DNA of 64,000 nucleotides, from the IMG/VR virus record IMGVR_UViG_3300021400_003144; one strand, given 5' to 3'. Positions 1-9,020 of the stretch are shown in pieces (the first letter of the stretch is position 1; each line of letters opens with the position of its first letter). Source of the DNA: a virus. Taxonomy: Duplodnaviria; Caudoviricetes. Position numbers and translations under genes: made by a program. The notes under the pieces were generated by a model, which worked only from the letters and a program-made list of their open reading frames with translations, had not been told where the DNA came from and ran no database searches.

Positions 1-50
1 GCAGCTAAAGCAAAAAGCTGGGATTAAGAAATTGAGGTAACAGTGAGGAT

Positions 51-251
51 ATGGTGATGAATAATTTGTTGGCGACAGTTATATATTTTGTATATCTTAT
101 TATATTGTTTATGATAGCTAGGATAGCAATAAGAATAACATTTAATGGTCACCTTAAAGCAGAAACTAAAAAAGATGTAATTAGCAGTATAGTTATTATG
201 TACATCTTTTTAGGGTTTTTATTACCATTTATTATAGAAGGCTATTTATGA
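51..251 (+). CDS. small membrane protein, hypothetical
   Basis: 66-aa ORF with two hydrophobic stretches; GAGG upstream. Confidence 0.6.
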   Translation: MVMNNLLATVIYFVYLIILFMIARIAIRITFNGHLKAETKKDVISSIVIMYIFLGFLLPFIIEGYL

Positions 252-267
252 TTGGAGGTAAACTAAA

Positions 268-429
268 TTGGGATCCGAAGAAGCTATAGCAATGTTAGAT
301 GGACTAGTATATGGAGCATGTGTAGTTATGTTCATGTACGGTATGTTTGGGTTAATGGACACAGAATTTTTTGAAGATAAAGACAAGAACAACAATAAAG
401 ATAAAAAGGATAAATGGTGGGAAAAGTAA
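268..429 (+). CDS. small membrane protein (53 aa, not in ORF track)
   Basis: GGAGGT at 254-259, TTG start; MGSEEAIAMLDGLVYGACVVMFMYGMFGLMDTEFFEDKDKNNNKDKKDKWWEK; fills the gap between neighbours. Confidence 0.55.
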   Translation: MGSEEAIAMLDGLVYGACVVMFMYGMFGLMDTEFFEDKDKNNNKDKKDKWWEK

Positions 430-452
430 GAGTTACAGACAGGAGGTTTAAT

Positions 453-998
453 ATGAAACTGAACAAGCTGATGTTAGCAACTATGATAAGTATATGTACA
501 TTTAGTGCAACTGCATTAGCAAGTAACAATTACATAGACTCAGATGGACTAAGTTACTTAACATACGAGATAATTCCAGGTACAGCTACTGTAAATAATT
601 GCAATAGTATAGTAGCTAAGGCTAAAGTATACAAGCCAATAGAAATTCCTTTGACTGCTAAGTTGGGAGATAAGTTTACATTTAATGATAAGACATATGT
701 AAAGACAAATAAACCTGATGGAATTGAGCTTGAGGGCTTTGGTGTTATAGGTTGGACATATCTAAAAGAGTCTCCTTTTAAAGATTGTTACTGGATTTAT
801 GGTTTAGATGACCTTAGACAAGTTGAGTATGCAGGAGATACTGACATCATAATTGATATTAATGCACGTGATAAAGAGTTAGTAACCTGTAGTGACCATC
901 AGATAAGTCTTAAAGAATTAAATAAAGGCAAGATGTATGATATGGTTTACTTTGATGAGTCAGGTAGAGCAGTAAATTTAATTAATAGTGCACCATAA
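453..998 (+). CDS. secreted hypothetical protein
   Basis: AGGAGG at 441-446 favours ATG 453 over 414; signal peptide MKLNKLMLATMISICTFSATALA. Confidence 0.75.
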   Translation: MKLNKLMLATMISICTFSATALASNNYIDSDGLSYLTYEIIPGTATVNNCNSIVAKAKVYKPIEIPLTAKLGDKFTFNDKTYVKTNKPDGIELEGFGVIGWTYLKESPFKDCYWIYGLDDLRQVEYAGDTDIIIDINARDKELVTCSDHQISLKELNKGKMYDMVYFDESGRAVNLINSAP

Positions 999-1150
999 AG
1001 AAAATGGGAATTGAAGAGAACAAAGTTTATGATTTAAAATAAATGAAATATGAGTTGCAAAGTATTATCATCTAAATAAATATTTAGTCATATGGTATAA
1101 CATTAAGTTGTAATTATGTGTTATATTTAAAGGAGAGGATTTCGTAAAAT

Positions 1151-2023
1151 ATGGCTAATTTATTGGATAGAATGACTGAGGCTGATAGAGAAGCATATGG
1201 ACATTTGATAATGTCAGTAGATACTAATATTAGTATTAATAGCGTAATATTATCAGATGATAATAAAGAGAAACTTAATCAGTTCTTAGAGGAATATAGA
1301 TTCAGAGATAAACTTATGGGTTATGGTTTAAAGCCTATTAATAGACTTTTGTTCTATGGTGCATCTGGAACTGGAAAGACATTTTTGACAAAGGCTCTTA
1401 GTAATTATATGGGTAAAGACATGATATATGTAGATATAGCACAGAGCTTAAGCGAAGATACAGTAGCTAAGAATATATCGGACATATTTCATGTAGCACA
1501 TAAATATAAAAACTGCATTGTGTTCTTTGATGAGTGTGATAGCGTGGCATGGAGTAGAGATAGTAAGAACAGTGATGGTGGTACAATCAGAAGAGCTACT
1601 AACAGTATATTCCAGCAATTAGACCAGATGGACTATGATACAGTGTTTGTAGCATGTACGAATATGCTAAGGCGTCTGGACCCTGCATTTGAACGTAGAT
1701 TTGATATGAAGTTTGAGTTTAGGAGACCAGATAAGAAGTTAAGAGATGTATTTAAGAAATTCTTGTTTAAGGATTTTAGGCTGATAGAGGATGTTGGTGA
1801 AAAAGATGAACAAGTAGTTAAGAGCAGGTCTACACTTTCATACTATGAGTATCAAATTATAACAGAGAGAAATATGAAGAAGGCTGTTATACATGGAACT
1901 ACTGATGTAAGATTGTCAGATATATTAACAGATGTATCAATTCAGATAGGCAGTAAAAGAAGATTTGGTACAGATAAGGATGATGCTAATACATTTGAAA
2001 GCAGCATAGGTAAGGAAGATTAA
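1151..2023 (+). CDS. AAA+ ATPase
   Basis: Walker A GASGTGKT, Walker B FFDECD, SRH TN...LDPAFERRF. Confidence 0.92.
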   Translation: MANLLDRMTEADREAYGHLIMSVDTNISINSVILSDDNKEKLNQFLEEYRFRDKLMGYGLKPINRLLFYGASGTGKTFLTKALSNYMGKDMIYVDIAQSLSEDTVAKNISDIFHVAHKYKNCIVFFDECDSVAWSRDSKNSDGGTIRRATNSIFQQLDQMDYDTVFVACTNMLRRLDPAFERRFDMKFEFRRPDKKLRDVFKKFLFKDFRLIEDVGEKDEQVVKSRSTLSYYEYQIITERNMKKAVIHGTTDVRLSDILTDVSIQIGSKRRFGTDKDDANTFESSIGKED

Positions 2024-2037
2024 ATCAGAAAGGATTT

Positions 2038-3402
2038 ATGAGTAAGCATATGATGAAAAAGGGTTTACATAGGGGTTTGATTATAGTATCTGCTATGACT
2101 ATGATGAGTACACCAGTATTTGCAGCTATAAATTATGATGTTGATATAAATGAGAGCGTTGTAGCAGATGAAACAGTAAGTGAGACATCAGAAAGTACAG
2201 AGGCATCAGAGAGTGAGACAACTGAGAGCAACTTTGTAGATGAAAATGGCAATGTTGTTGAAATTAATCAGACTGATGGAACAGAGTCAGAGTCAGCTGG
2301 ATATATGAGTGATGCTAATATATTAGATGATGCACAGAAAGCTGAAATTGATAGACTTATACAGGAAAGAGCTGAGACAGATGGATTTAAGGGTTCAGTT
2401 CCTGTAAATAAATATAAACCAGTGCTGATGCTTGGAGCTGACCTTTCAGATGCTGAGAGACAAAAGGTTTTGGAGTTATTTGGTTTAAGTAATACAAATG
2501 ACATTGAAACAATAGAGCTGTATCATGAAGATGAAGTTAATATTCTTTCAGGAATAATTGATGAAGCACAGCTAGGAGCCAAAGCTGTAAGTAGTGTTTA
2601 TATAACTCCATTACCAAGTGGTTCTGGTATAAGTGTTGGTACAGTTAATATTGATTATGTAACAAATGAAACAATATATAATATTCTTATAACAGCAGGT
2701 GCAAGGGATGTTGAAGTTAAGATAGTAGCTCCTTATAAAGTAAGTGGTACAGCTGCTATGGTTGGTGTTCTTAGAGCTTATGCAGCTATGTCTGATACTG
2801 AACTTGGTGATGAGATTGTAGGATTGGCAATGAAACAATCAGCTCTGTTAGATACACTTGGAAAGAAGTATGGAGCTGAAGAGATAGAAAAGATATTCAG
2901 TGGAATAAGAGAAAAAGCATTAGATTCATCTAACACAAATGTGAACTCATTAAAAGAGATTATTAGAACACTTGGTTTAATACATAATGTAGAGTTTACA
3001 GAAGATGAGCTTAACAAACTGGCTGATTTGGTAGCTACACTGACACAGTTAAGTATTGATAGAGCTAATGCTAATAACAGTGAAGCTAAGTATATAGTTG
3101 AAAAAGACTTTAAGTCTGAAGTAGATTACTTAAGTGATGTTGCATGTACTAAATCATTGAATTGGTTATTTAATGATTCAATGGAATTACCAGAGAAGAA
3201 AGAAGCTAAGCAGGTAAAGGTTGATAATGTGTTTGATGGTATAGAAACTAGTACAGGAGAAGCTAAGAAAGCTCCAGTAGATAGTAATGAGCAAGCTAAA
3301 GCTGAGATACTTAAGAAGTTAACTGAAGAAACAGCTGAGAGTGTTGAGGAAACAGTTGAGGGTGCAGGAGAGACAACTGAGAGCACTGAAAGTGCAGGTT
3401 AA
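2038..3402 (+). CDS. secreted DUF1002 (YpuA-like) protein with acidic tails
   Basis: signal peptide ending VFA; LGADLS, AVSSVYI, APYKVSGTAAMVG match the DUF1002 pattern. Confidence 0.75.
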   Translation: MSKHMMKKGLHRGLIIVSAMTMMSTPVFAAINYDVDINESVVADETVSETSESTEASESETTESNFVDENGNVVEINQTDGTESESAGYMSDANILDDAQKAEIDRLIQERAETDGFKGSVPVNKYKPVLMLGADLSDAERQKVLELFGLSNTNDIETIELYHEDEVNILSGIIDEAQLGAKAVSSVYITPLPSGSGISVGTVNIDYVTNETIYNILITAGARDVEVKIVAPYKVSGTAAMVGVLRAYAAMSDTELGDEIVGLAMKQSALLDTLGKKYGAEEIEKIFSGIREKALDSSNTNVNSLKEIIRTLGLIHNVEFTEDELNKLADLVATLTQLSIDRANANNSEAKYIVEKDFKSEVDYLSDVACTKSLNWLFNDSMELPEKKEAKQVKVDNVFDGIETSTGEAKKAPVDSNEQAKAEILKKLTEETAESVEETVEGAGETTESTESAG

Positions 3403-3434
3403 AGTAGGTTAAGCTAAATCCACACATATATAAT

Positions 3435-3474
3435 AAAGAGCTAGATTGCATATTTGATGTAATCTAGCTCTTTT
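3435..3474 (+). terminator. intrinsic terminator
   Basis: aaagagctagattgca / tgtaatctagctcttt inverted repeat plus T run. Confidence 0.85.
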
Positions 3475-3506
3475 GTTTATAAATGGAATTTTGAGTCATA
3501 AAACTA

Positions 3507-3535
3507 TTGATTTTTATAAATAATTGTGATATAAT
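3507..3535 (+). promoter_or_regulatory. sigma-A type promoter
   Basis: TTGATT-17-TATAAT with TG extended -10, preceded by AAAACTA. Confidence 0.8.
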
Positions 3536-3558
3536 ATAAATTATAATTGTAAAGATTA

Positions 3559-4716
3559 GTGAGGGTTATTATGAAAGATAGTTTTGCATTGGAGCTATGT
3601 AATAAATACAATCTATCTTATAGAGCTGTAAAGAACTTCCTTAATAAGCATAAAGGACTCAGTAAGGATGAAGTTATATCTCATTATGAAAAGTATACTG
3701 AAACTAAAGAATATTTAAAGACATATGAAGATGAAATAGACTATGTATGTAAAGAATATGGCTTCACAAGGAATTATGTACTAGAGGTATTAAGAGAAAA
3801 TCCATCTAAGTTAAGGCATAGCTGGCAATTTGACATATATTTTAGTCAAGCAGCTGAACATAGAAGGTTAGTAAAGAAGTTTAAAGAGCTAGGTATAAAT
3901 AGAAATACATATAGAAGATATCTGAAGAAATATCCTGATTTAACTTTAGAGAATTTAGATGATGCTGTTAAAGATATTAGAAGTCAGGAAGAAGCTGATA
4001 AAAATGATAAAGAGTACTTTATATCTGAATGTAAAGCAAATGGATTTAAGATTAAAACCGTTATGGAGTTTAAAAGAAAAAATAATATAGAATACTATTA
4101 TGATGCTATCAGTGAATATAAAAAGTACTTAGATAAGAAAAAGAATGAGCAGCTATGTACCAAGCTTGAAGCAGTAGGTATCAGTTATGCTAGATATAAT
4201 AAAGCAGCTAAGGATAATCCAGATAAATCATTTGAAGAGCTAATAGTACTTATAAAAGAAAAAGATGCAGAAGTTTCATTTAGAAAATACTGTATAGATA
4301 ATGGGTATAAGAATGAGTATAACAGAATAAAATCTTGGTTGGTTGATAAGCATGAAGAGTTCAAGGATAAGACATATGGTGATATAATAAGTGCTTACTT
4401 AAATAGAAAAGATAAGCTTACTAGATATAAAGAATACAGAGAGTTGGCAGGTAAGATTGGAGTTAGTGTAAGTACACTAAGAATTTTTATAAATAATTAT
4501 AAGTTTAATGAAACAGATATAGAAGAGATTGAATCTGCTTATATTTATTATAAACATAATAAAGAAGAACTTAAGACTTTGTGTAAAGACTATGGAGTTA
4601 GTTATAATAAGGCTAAGAGAATAAGAGATGCTAATGGAGATATGAGCAACATAGATGTAATAAGTGTACTTACTGGATTGGATAATAACATACAGGGTGA
4701 GTTGGTATCATTATAG
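3559..4716 (+). CDS. protein of about 8 tandem HTH-like repeats
   Basis: repeats such as CNKYNLSYRAV, CKEYGFTRNYV, FKELGINRNTY, AGKIGVSVSTL, CKDYGVSYNKA; likely start ATG 3571. Confidence 0.65.
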   Translation: MRVIMKDSFALELCNKYNLSYRAVKNFLNKHKGLSKDEVISHYEKYTETKEYLKTYEDEIDYVCKEYGFTRNYVLEVLRENPSKLRHSWQFDIYFSQAAEHRRLVKKFKELGINRNTYRRYLKKYPDLTLENLDDAVKDIRSQEEADKNDKEYFISECKANGFKIKTVMEFKRKNNIEYYYDAISEYKKYLDKKKNEQLCTKLEAVGISYARYNKAAKDNPDKSFEELIVLIKEKDAEVSFRKYCIDNGYKNEYNRIKSWLVDKHEEFKDKTYGDIISAYLNRKDKLTRYKEYRELAGKIGVSVSTLRIFINNYKFNETDIEEIESAYIYYKHNKEELKTLCKDYGVSYNKAKRIRDANGDMSNIDVISVLTGLDNNIQGELVSL

Positions 4717-4730
4717 GTTGGAGGTTTGGC

Positions 4731-6764
4731 ATGAATAATTATGAGATAAGAGAAAAGTGGCAAAATAATACTCTAAGAGATATGAAGGATAGTCTTAATA
4801 GATATGGTAAGTATGTAATGCTTAGACCTACTGGTTTTGGAAAGACATATATGAGTGCTATGGCGACCAATATAAGAGGAATAAAGTCTAAGAAGGTTAT
4901 ATTTGTTTATGTGTCTGAAATATTAAGATTGACATTTGATAAGTATACAAAATCTTATATTGGTGAAGATGGAGTTATGCATGAACCTATAATATCAAAT
5001 GGAGAGGGCAGAATTAAGTATGAGACTTATAATTCTGTAGCTTTACATTGGCAGGATGATACATATCTGAGCGAATTGTTTAATGGTGTTGGACTCATAA
5101 TATTTGATGAAGTTCAGAGAATGGGAGCAGTTAATACTATTAAAGGTATTGATAATGCAATGAAGTTTATAAAAGAGCATAATATAAAGTATATAGGTGC
5201 AAGTGCTACTCCTGAAAGGTCTACTGGTATAGATGTTTGTTCTAAGTATTTTACGTCTAGAGATAATAATGGAAATACAGTATACTGCTGGGGTGAACAC
5301 ATATATACATTAAGTAATGCATTTGAATATGGGTTACTACAGATGCCATTGTATAAGTACATTGAGGAAAATAAGAGTAAACTTACAATGTTAAGACATA
5401 CAAGGGCTAGTATGCTGAATGAACTTAAGATAAGTGGTGAGAATAATAAAGAAGAAGTTATAAAAGATATAAAGGAACTTGAAAGAGCAGTTATAAAAGA
5501 TTGTGACAAGAAGTTATTAGATGGTATTTATGAGTTAGTAGGTGAAGAAAATCCTTATATACAGTGTGAAACAACTAAAGAACTTCCTAAGAAGTTAAAT
5601 AAGCCAAGTAAGTTTCCTAATTACATGAGATTTCTTATATTTGCTCCTGATAGACTAAGTTTGTCAATGAATAGACAGAGTGAAGATAAGGTATTTGGTG
5701 GAATAATAAAGGAAACATTGAAAGATTTCAAGAGTGCATTTAAGAGATATGGATATAAAATAAGGTTTATAGTAGTATCTTCTAATTCTAAGGAAGAGTC
5801 AGATAGTGTTAAGTTAATAGACCCTACAAATGATTTAATAAAAGTGGGTAGTAAGATTATACATATTAATTCTGATGAAGATACAGTTATTAAGGAAGAG
5901 CCAATGACAATAGACCTTATATTTAGTATCAACATGCTAAATGTAGGATATCATGTAAATAATATTACAGGCATTATACTTAAAAGATGGACAGGTAGTA
6001 ATCAGATTTATTATCAGCAAATAGGAAGATGTTTATCTAGTGTAAGCTCAAATAGAGCTATAATATTTGATTTTGTAAACAGCGTGGATAGCAGAGGCAT
6101 AATGTCTCCGATGTTTAATACCTATGAGGAAAATAAGGATAAAACAGTTAATGCTGATGGAACTTCTAATATAGAGTATCATGACATACAGAGAAAGAGT
6201 AAGAACATAATTAAAAATAGATACGCTGTAGATGCAAATGGAGATATAGTGGATCCATACAACTGTAATGTATTAGAGGCTAAATATATAAAATGTAGCT
6301 TAACTAATGCAGATTTGGATTTCTTAGTCAGCAGAGTTAAAGTATATGAGCAGAGAGAATTTTCTAAGAAGCTATTTGAGAGAGCATATAATCATTACAA
6401 GTCAGGATTTAATAAAAAAGCATCAGAGAGTATAAGTTTGAATAGTTCTTTGATTAAGGCTATTAGAGAGACAAATAGAATAAATGAATACAGAGATAAA
6501 GAAGTTACTATTAATTTTAAGGATTATCTGTTATGGTGTATGAATAATCATAAAGACTTAATGATGGATGCTAAATTATTAAATGGATATCTTATAGGAA
6601 TGGAACATAGTATACATTTTAAGGGAGCTGAGAATAGTATTTTAGCAGCTTGTGAAGGTGGGTGCAAGTTACATATTAAAGGAGACATTAAGGAATGTAC
6701 TAAAGACAGTATAGAAAAAAGACTTAACAGCAAAGGTATAAGTAACATAGTATTTGTTGATTAA
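4731..6764 (+). CDS. superfamily 2 helicase/ATPase (ResIII/UvsW-like)
   Basis: PTGFGKT, IIFDEVQR, SAT, NMLNVGYH, YYQQIGRCL. Confidence 0.88.
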   Translation: MNNYEIREKWQNNTLRDMKDSLNRYGKYVMLRPTGFGKTYMSAMATNIRGIKSKKVIFVYVSEILRLTFDKYTKSYIGEDGVMHEPIISNGEGRIKYETYNSVALHWQDDTYLSELFNGVGLIIFDEVQRMGAVNTIKGIDNAMKFIKEHNIKYIGASATPERSTGIDVCSKYFTSRDNNGNTVYCWGEHIYTLSNAFEYGLLQMPLYKYIEENKSKLTMLRHTRASMLNELKISGENNKEEVIKDIKELERAVIKDCDKKLLDGIYELVGEENPYIQCETTKELPKKLNKPSKFPNYMRFLIFAPDRLSLSMNRQSEDKVFGGIIKETLKDFKSAFKRYGYKIRFIVVSSNSKEESDSVKLIDPTNDLIKVGSKIIHINSDEDTVIKEEPMTIDLIFSINMLNVGYHVNNITGIILKRWTGSNQIYYQQIGRCLSSVSSNRAIIFDFVNSVDSRGIMSPMFNTYEENKDKTVNADGTSNIEYHDIQRKSKNIIKNRYAVDANGDIVDPYNCNVLEAKYIKCSLTNADLDFLVSRVKVYEQREFSKKLFERAYNHYKSGFNKKASESISLNSSLIKAIRETNRINEYRDKEVTINFKDYLLWCMNNHKDLMMDAKLLNGYLIGMEHSIHFKGAENSILAACEGGCKLHIKGDIKECTKDSIEKRLNSKGISNIVFVD

Positions 6765-6805
6765 TGTTAAAGGTTATAAGTTAGAGTATTTTTAGTTAAA
6801 AACTA

Positions 6806-6834
6806 TTGATTTTACATGAGTAATGTGTTATAAT
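6806..6834 (+). promoter_or_regulatory. sigma-A type promoter
   Basis: TTGATT-17-TATAAT, TG extension, AAAAACTA upstream. Confidence 0.8.
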
Positions 6835-6861
6835 AAATAAAAGTTAAAGGGTGGTGTTATT

Positions 6862-7227
6862 ATGAAATTGGCAATATACTTGAATGATTTGGCTTATGAT
6901 GAAGTTGTAAATAACAGTGGTGATTCTGAAATAGAACAGGCTATTAAAAATGGTACTGAGATTGAAAATCATGGAACCAATATGATTTCTTGGATACCTA
7001 TTGATGAAAATATGGATATACCTAAGAATAAAATATTACTAGCTACAGTAAGAACTGGAGGCATCAAGAATATAAGATTGATTTATCTGAATGATGCAGG
7101 ATGTTTTGTAGATAGGGCTACTAATAGAGATTTGGTACTGACAGGTACAGAAGTGTTGGCGTGGTTCCCAGTCATGACTGAATATGAGGAAGATGAAGGA
7201 GCTGATGAAGATAAGGGAGATAAGTAA
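6862..7227 (+). CDS. DUF551-like phage protein
   Basis: WIPIDENMDIP ... VLAWFP pattern. Confidence 0.6.
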   Translation: MKLAIYLNDLAYDEVVNNSGDSEIEQAIKNGTEIENHGTNMISWIPIDENMDIPKNKILLATVRTGGIKNIRLIYLNDAGCFVDRATNRDLVLTGTEVLAWFPVMTEYEEDEGADEDKGDK

Positions 7228-7229
7228 AT

Positions 7230-7421
7230 ATGAGCATAAAAGCTGTAGTAAGCTATTTTCCATCCAGTAATAAGATATTTAATATCTATAATAGCATTGA
7301 AGAGGCTAGAAAAGATGTTAAGTTATTAAATCTATTCAGTATGGGTGGAGAAAAGCTTCAGGTTGGTGAAGCAGAGCTTAGTGAGGATGAATACAGAAGT
7401 TTAACTGAGGAAGATGAGTAG
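7230..7421 (+). CDS. hypothetical protein
   Basis: 63-aa ORF packed in operon. Confidence 0.6.
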   Translation: MSIKAVVSYFPSSNKIFNIYNSIEEARKDVKLLNLFSMGGEKLQVGEAELSEDEYRSLTEEDE

Positions 7422-7429
7422 GAGGAATT

Positions 7430-7813
7430 ATGGATCAGGATGAACTTATTGAACTTTGGACAAAGGCATGTACATTCAGCACAAAACCTAACATAAAAAG
7501 ATATGAAGCTGAGCATGTTTTTGATGAAAATAAGTCAGTCAAATGGAATAGAGAAGAAGTTGAACGGATTAATAAGATGTATGACGAAAAGGCTCAAGAG
7601 CTTAAGGAAGAGAAACAAGCTATTTCAGCTAAGGCTCATGATGAAACCATCAAGTACATACAGGAGTGCCTTGATAATCCTAGTGAAGAGAAAGCTGAAC
7701 TTCTATGGAGCTTCATATACAGAGAGTGGCATTCATGCATGAGTGATTGTATCTACTATATTTCTGATATGACAGAGCTAATAAATAGTATAGACAAATT
7801 AAATAAAGAATGA
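7430..7813 (+). CDS. hypothetical phage-type protein
   Basis: AGGAGG RBS; 127 aa; FDENKSVKWNREEV motif. Confidence 0.75.
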   Translation: MDQDELIELWTKACTFSTKPNIKRYEAEHVFDENKSVKWNREEVERINKMYDEKAQELKEEKQAISAKAHDETIKYIQECLDNPSEEKAELLWSFIYREWHSCMSDCIYYISDMTELINSIDKLNKE

Positions 7814-7815
7814 GC

Positions 7816-7858
7816 ATAAGGTGATTAGGATTAAAGCTTAATCACCTTATTTTTTTTT
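7816..7858 (+). terminator. intrinsic terminator
   Basis: ataaggtgattagg / cttaatcaccttat plus long T run. Confidence 0.9.
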
Positions 7859-7879
7859 GTGAAAAATAGTTAAAAAGTA

Positions 7880-7908
7880 TTGATTTTTTAGTTAAATTGT
7901 GTTAATAT
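7880..7908 (+). promoter_or_regulatory. sigma-A type promoter
   Basis: AAAAAGTA-TTGATT-17-TAATAT with TG extension. Confidence 0.65.
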
Positions 7909-7959
7909 AATAAAAGTAATAAATTAACAAGGATTTTTGAAAGGAATAGGAAATTAGTC

Positions 7960-8154
7960 ATGAATAGACTTGAGATAGGCAGGACATATAAAGTATTTTA
8001 TGAGGGGAAGCATATAGATACAATTAGGGTAACAAAGTTGAATTTTGGTAACTATTATGCTATAGGTCAGAGTACTGTCACTGGTCAGATGGCGAACTAT
8101 TCTTGTTTTGAGTACAGATTTCAGGATGCATGTAGCCAGATGATGTGTTATTAA
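7960..8154 (+). CDS. hypothetical protein
   Basis: 64 aa, AGGA RBS, first gene after promoter. Confidence 0.6.
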   Translation: MNRLEIGRTYKVFYEGKHIDTIRVTKLNFGNYYAIGQSTVTGQMANYSCFEYRFQDACSQMMCY

Positions 8155-8173
8155 GAATAGAAGGGTTTAAGAT

Positions 8174-8389
8174 ATGGACATAAATGATACATTACATGGT
8201 CTTGGTGAAAGAGCGGGTAAACAGTACTATATAGATTGTGATGATATTTTGTCAGCTATAAAGTATATACAGCTTTATCAGAATTATAAAGAGACTGTCA
8301 AAAATAGAATAAAGCAGGATATAGAAAATGGAGTTATAAAAATTGACTCTGGAGCAGAAATGCTATTTGCAGATTTAGAGATGGAGTAA
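8174..8389 (+). CDS. hypothetical protein
   Basis: 71-aa ORF in operon. Confidence 0.6.
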   Translation: MDINDTLHGLGERAGKQYYIDCDDILSAIKYIQLYQNYKETVKNRIKQDIENGVIKIDSGAEMLFADLEME

Positions 8390-8393
8390 CATT

Positions 8394-8547
8394 ATGGATC
8401 GTTGGGTAGTCAATATTAAAAAAGGATGACAAGCAGAAATTACAGATACATAATGATAAGAAAAAGGCTTTATTAAAGAGAGATACAGATATTGATGAAA
8501 CTAAAGTAGTTTATGTGCTTAAAGTGAAAGGTGAGAACAATGGATAA
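8394..8547 (+). pseudogene. small gene interrupted by one extra A in an A6 run
   Basis: GGAG RBS and ATG 8394 give MDRWVVNIKK; removing one A at 8418-8423 continues DDKQKLQIH...GENNG to TAA 8547, overlapping next ATG 8540. Confidence 0.45.
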
Positions 8548-8869
8548 TGAGATAACTAGAGATAACAAAAAGTTTGCTGATATTGCAGAGCGTTTGAAAA
8601 AGCAAGGTATACATACAACTTATATATCAGATGTAGGCAGAGACCATAAGACAGGTCTCAGTTACATGAAAGATTTTGATGATATTGATGAGGAAGAGAT
8701 TATTCTACATTATGATAATGAGTCTGGATATTATACTGTAGGTCTCTTATTAAGAGACAATGGATATTCATGTTTTGCATCATCTTCTGAGGAAGATGCT
8801 GTCAAAGAGTTCATAAATCAAATAAATATGCTGAATGAGCAGGATGAAGATGTTGAGAAAGCTGATTAA
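8540..8869 (+). CDS. hypothetical acidic protein
   Basis: AAGGTGAG RBS favours ATG 8540. Confidence 0.65.
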   Translation: MDNEITRDNKKFADIAERLKKQGIHTTYISDVGRDHKTGLSYMKDFDDIDEEEIILHYDNESGYYTVGLLLRDNGYSCFASSSEEDAVKEFINQINMLNEQDEDVEKAD

Positions 8870-8902
8870 CTGATTAGATATAGATACTATAATAAAAATT
8901 AG

Positions 8903-8929
8903 AGCCATGTCGGATGCGGCATGGTTTTT
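8903..8929 (+). terminator. intrinsic terminator
   Basis: agccatgtcg-gatg-cggcatggtt plus T run. Confidence 0.8.
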
Positions 8930-9020
8930 ATAATGGGTGATAGATTAGACTAGCATTGGGTTAATGTTTTAAGCTAGTTTATATTTATAGATATAAAATT
9001 AAGTTTATTTTTATGCAAGT

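Noticed and set aside
7503-7742. Alternative-frame + strand ORFs (also 20010-20192, 59615-59818)
   Set aside because: Nested out of frame within better-supported genes and lacking RBS.
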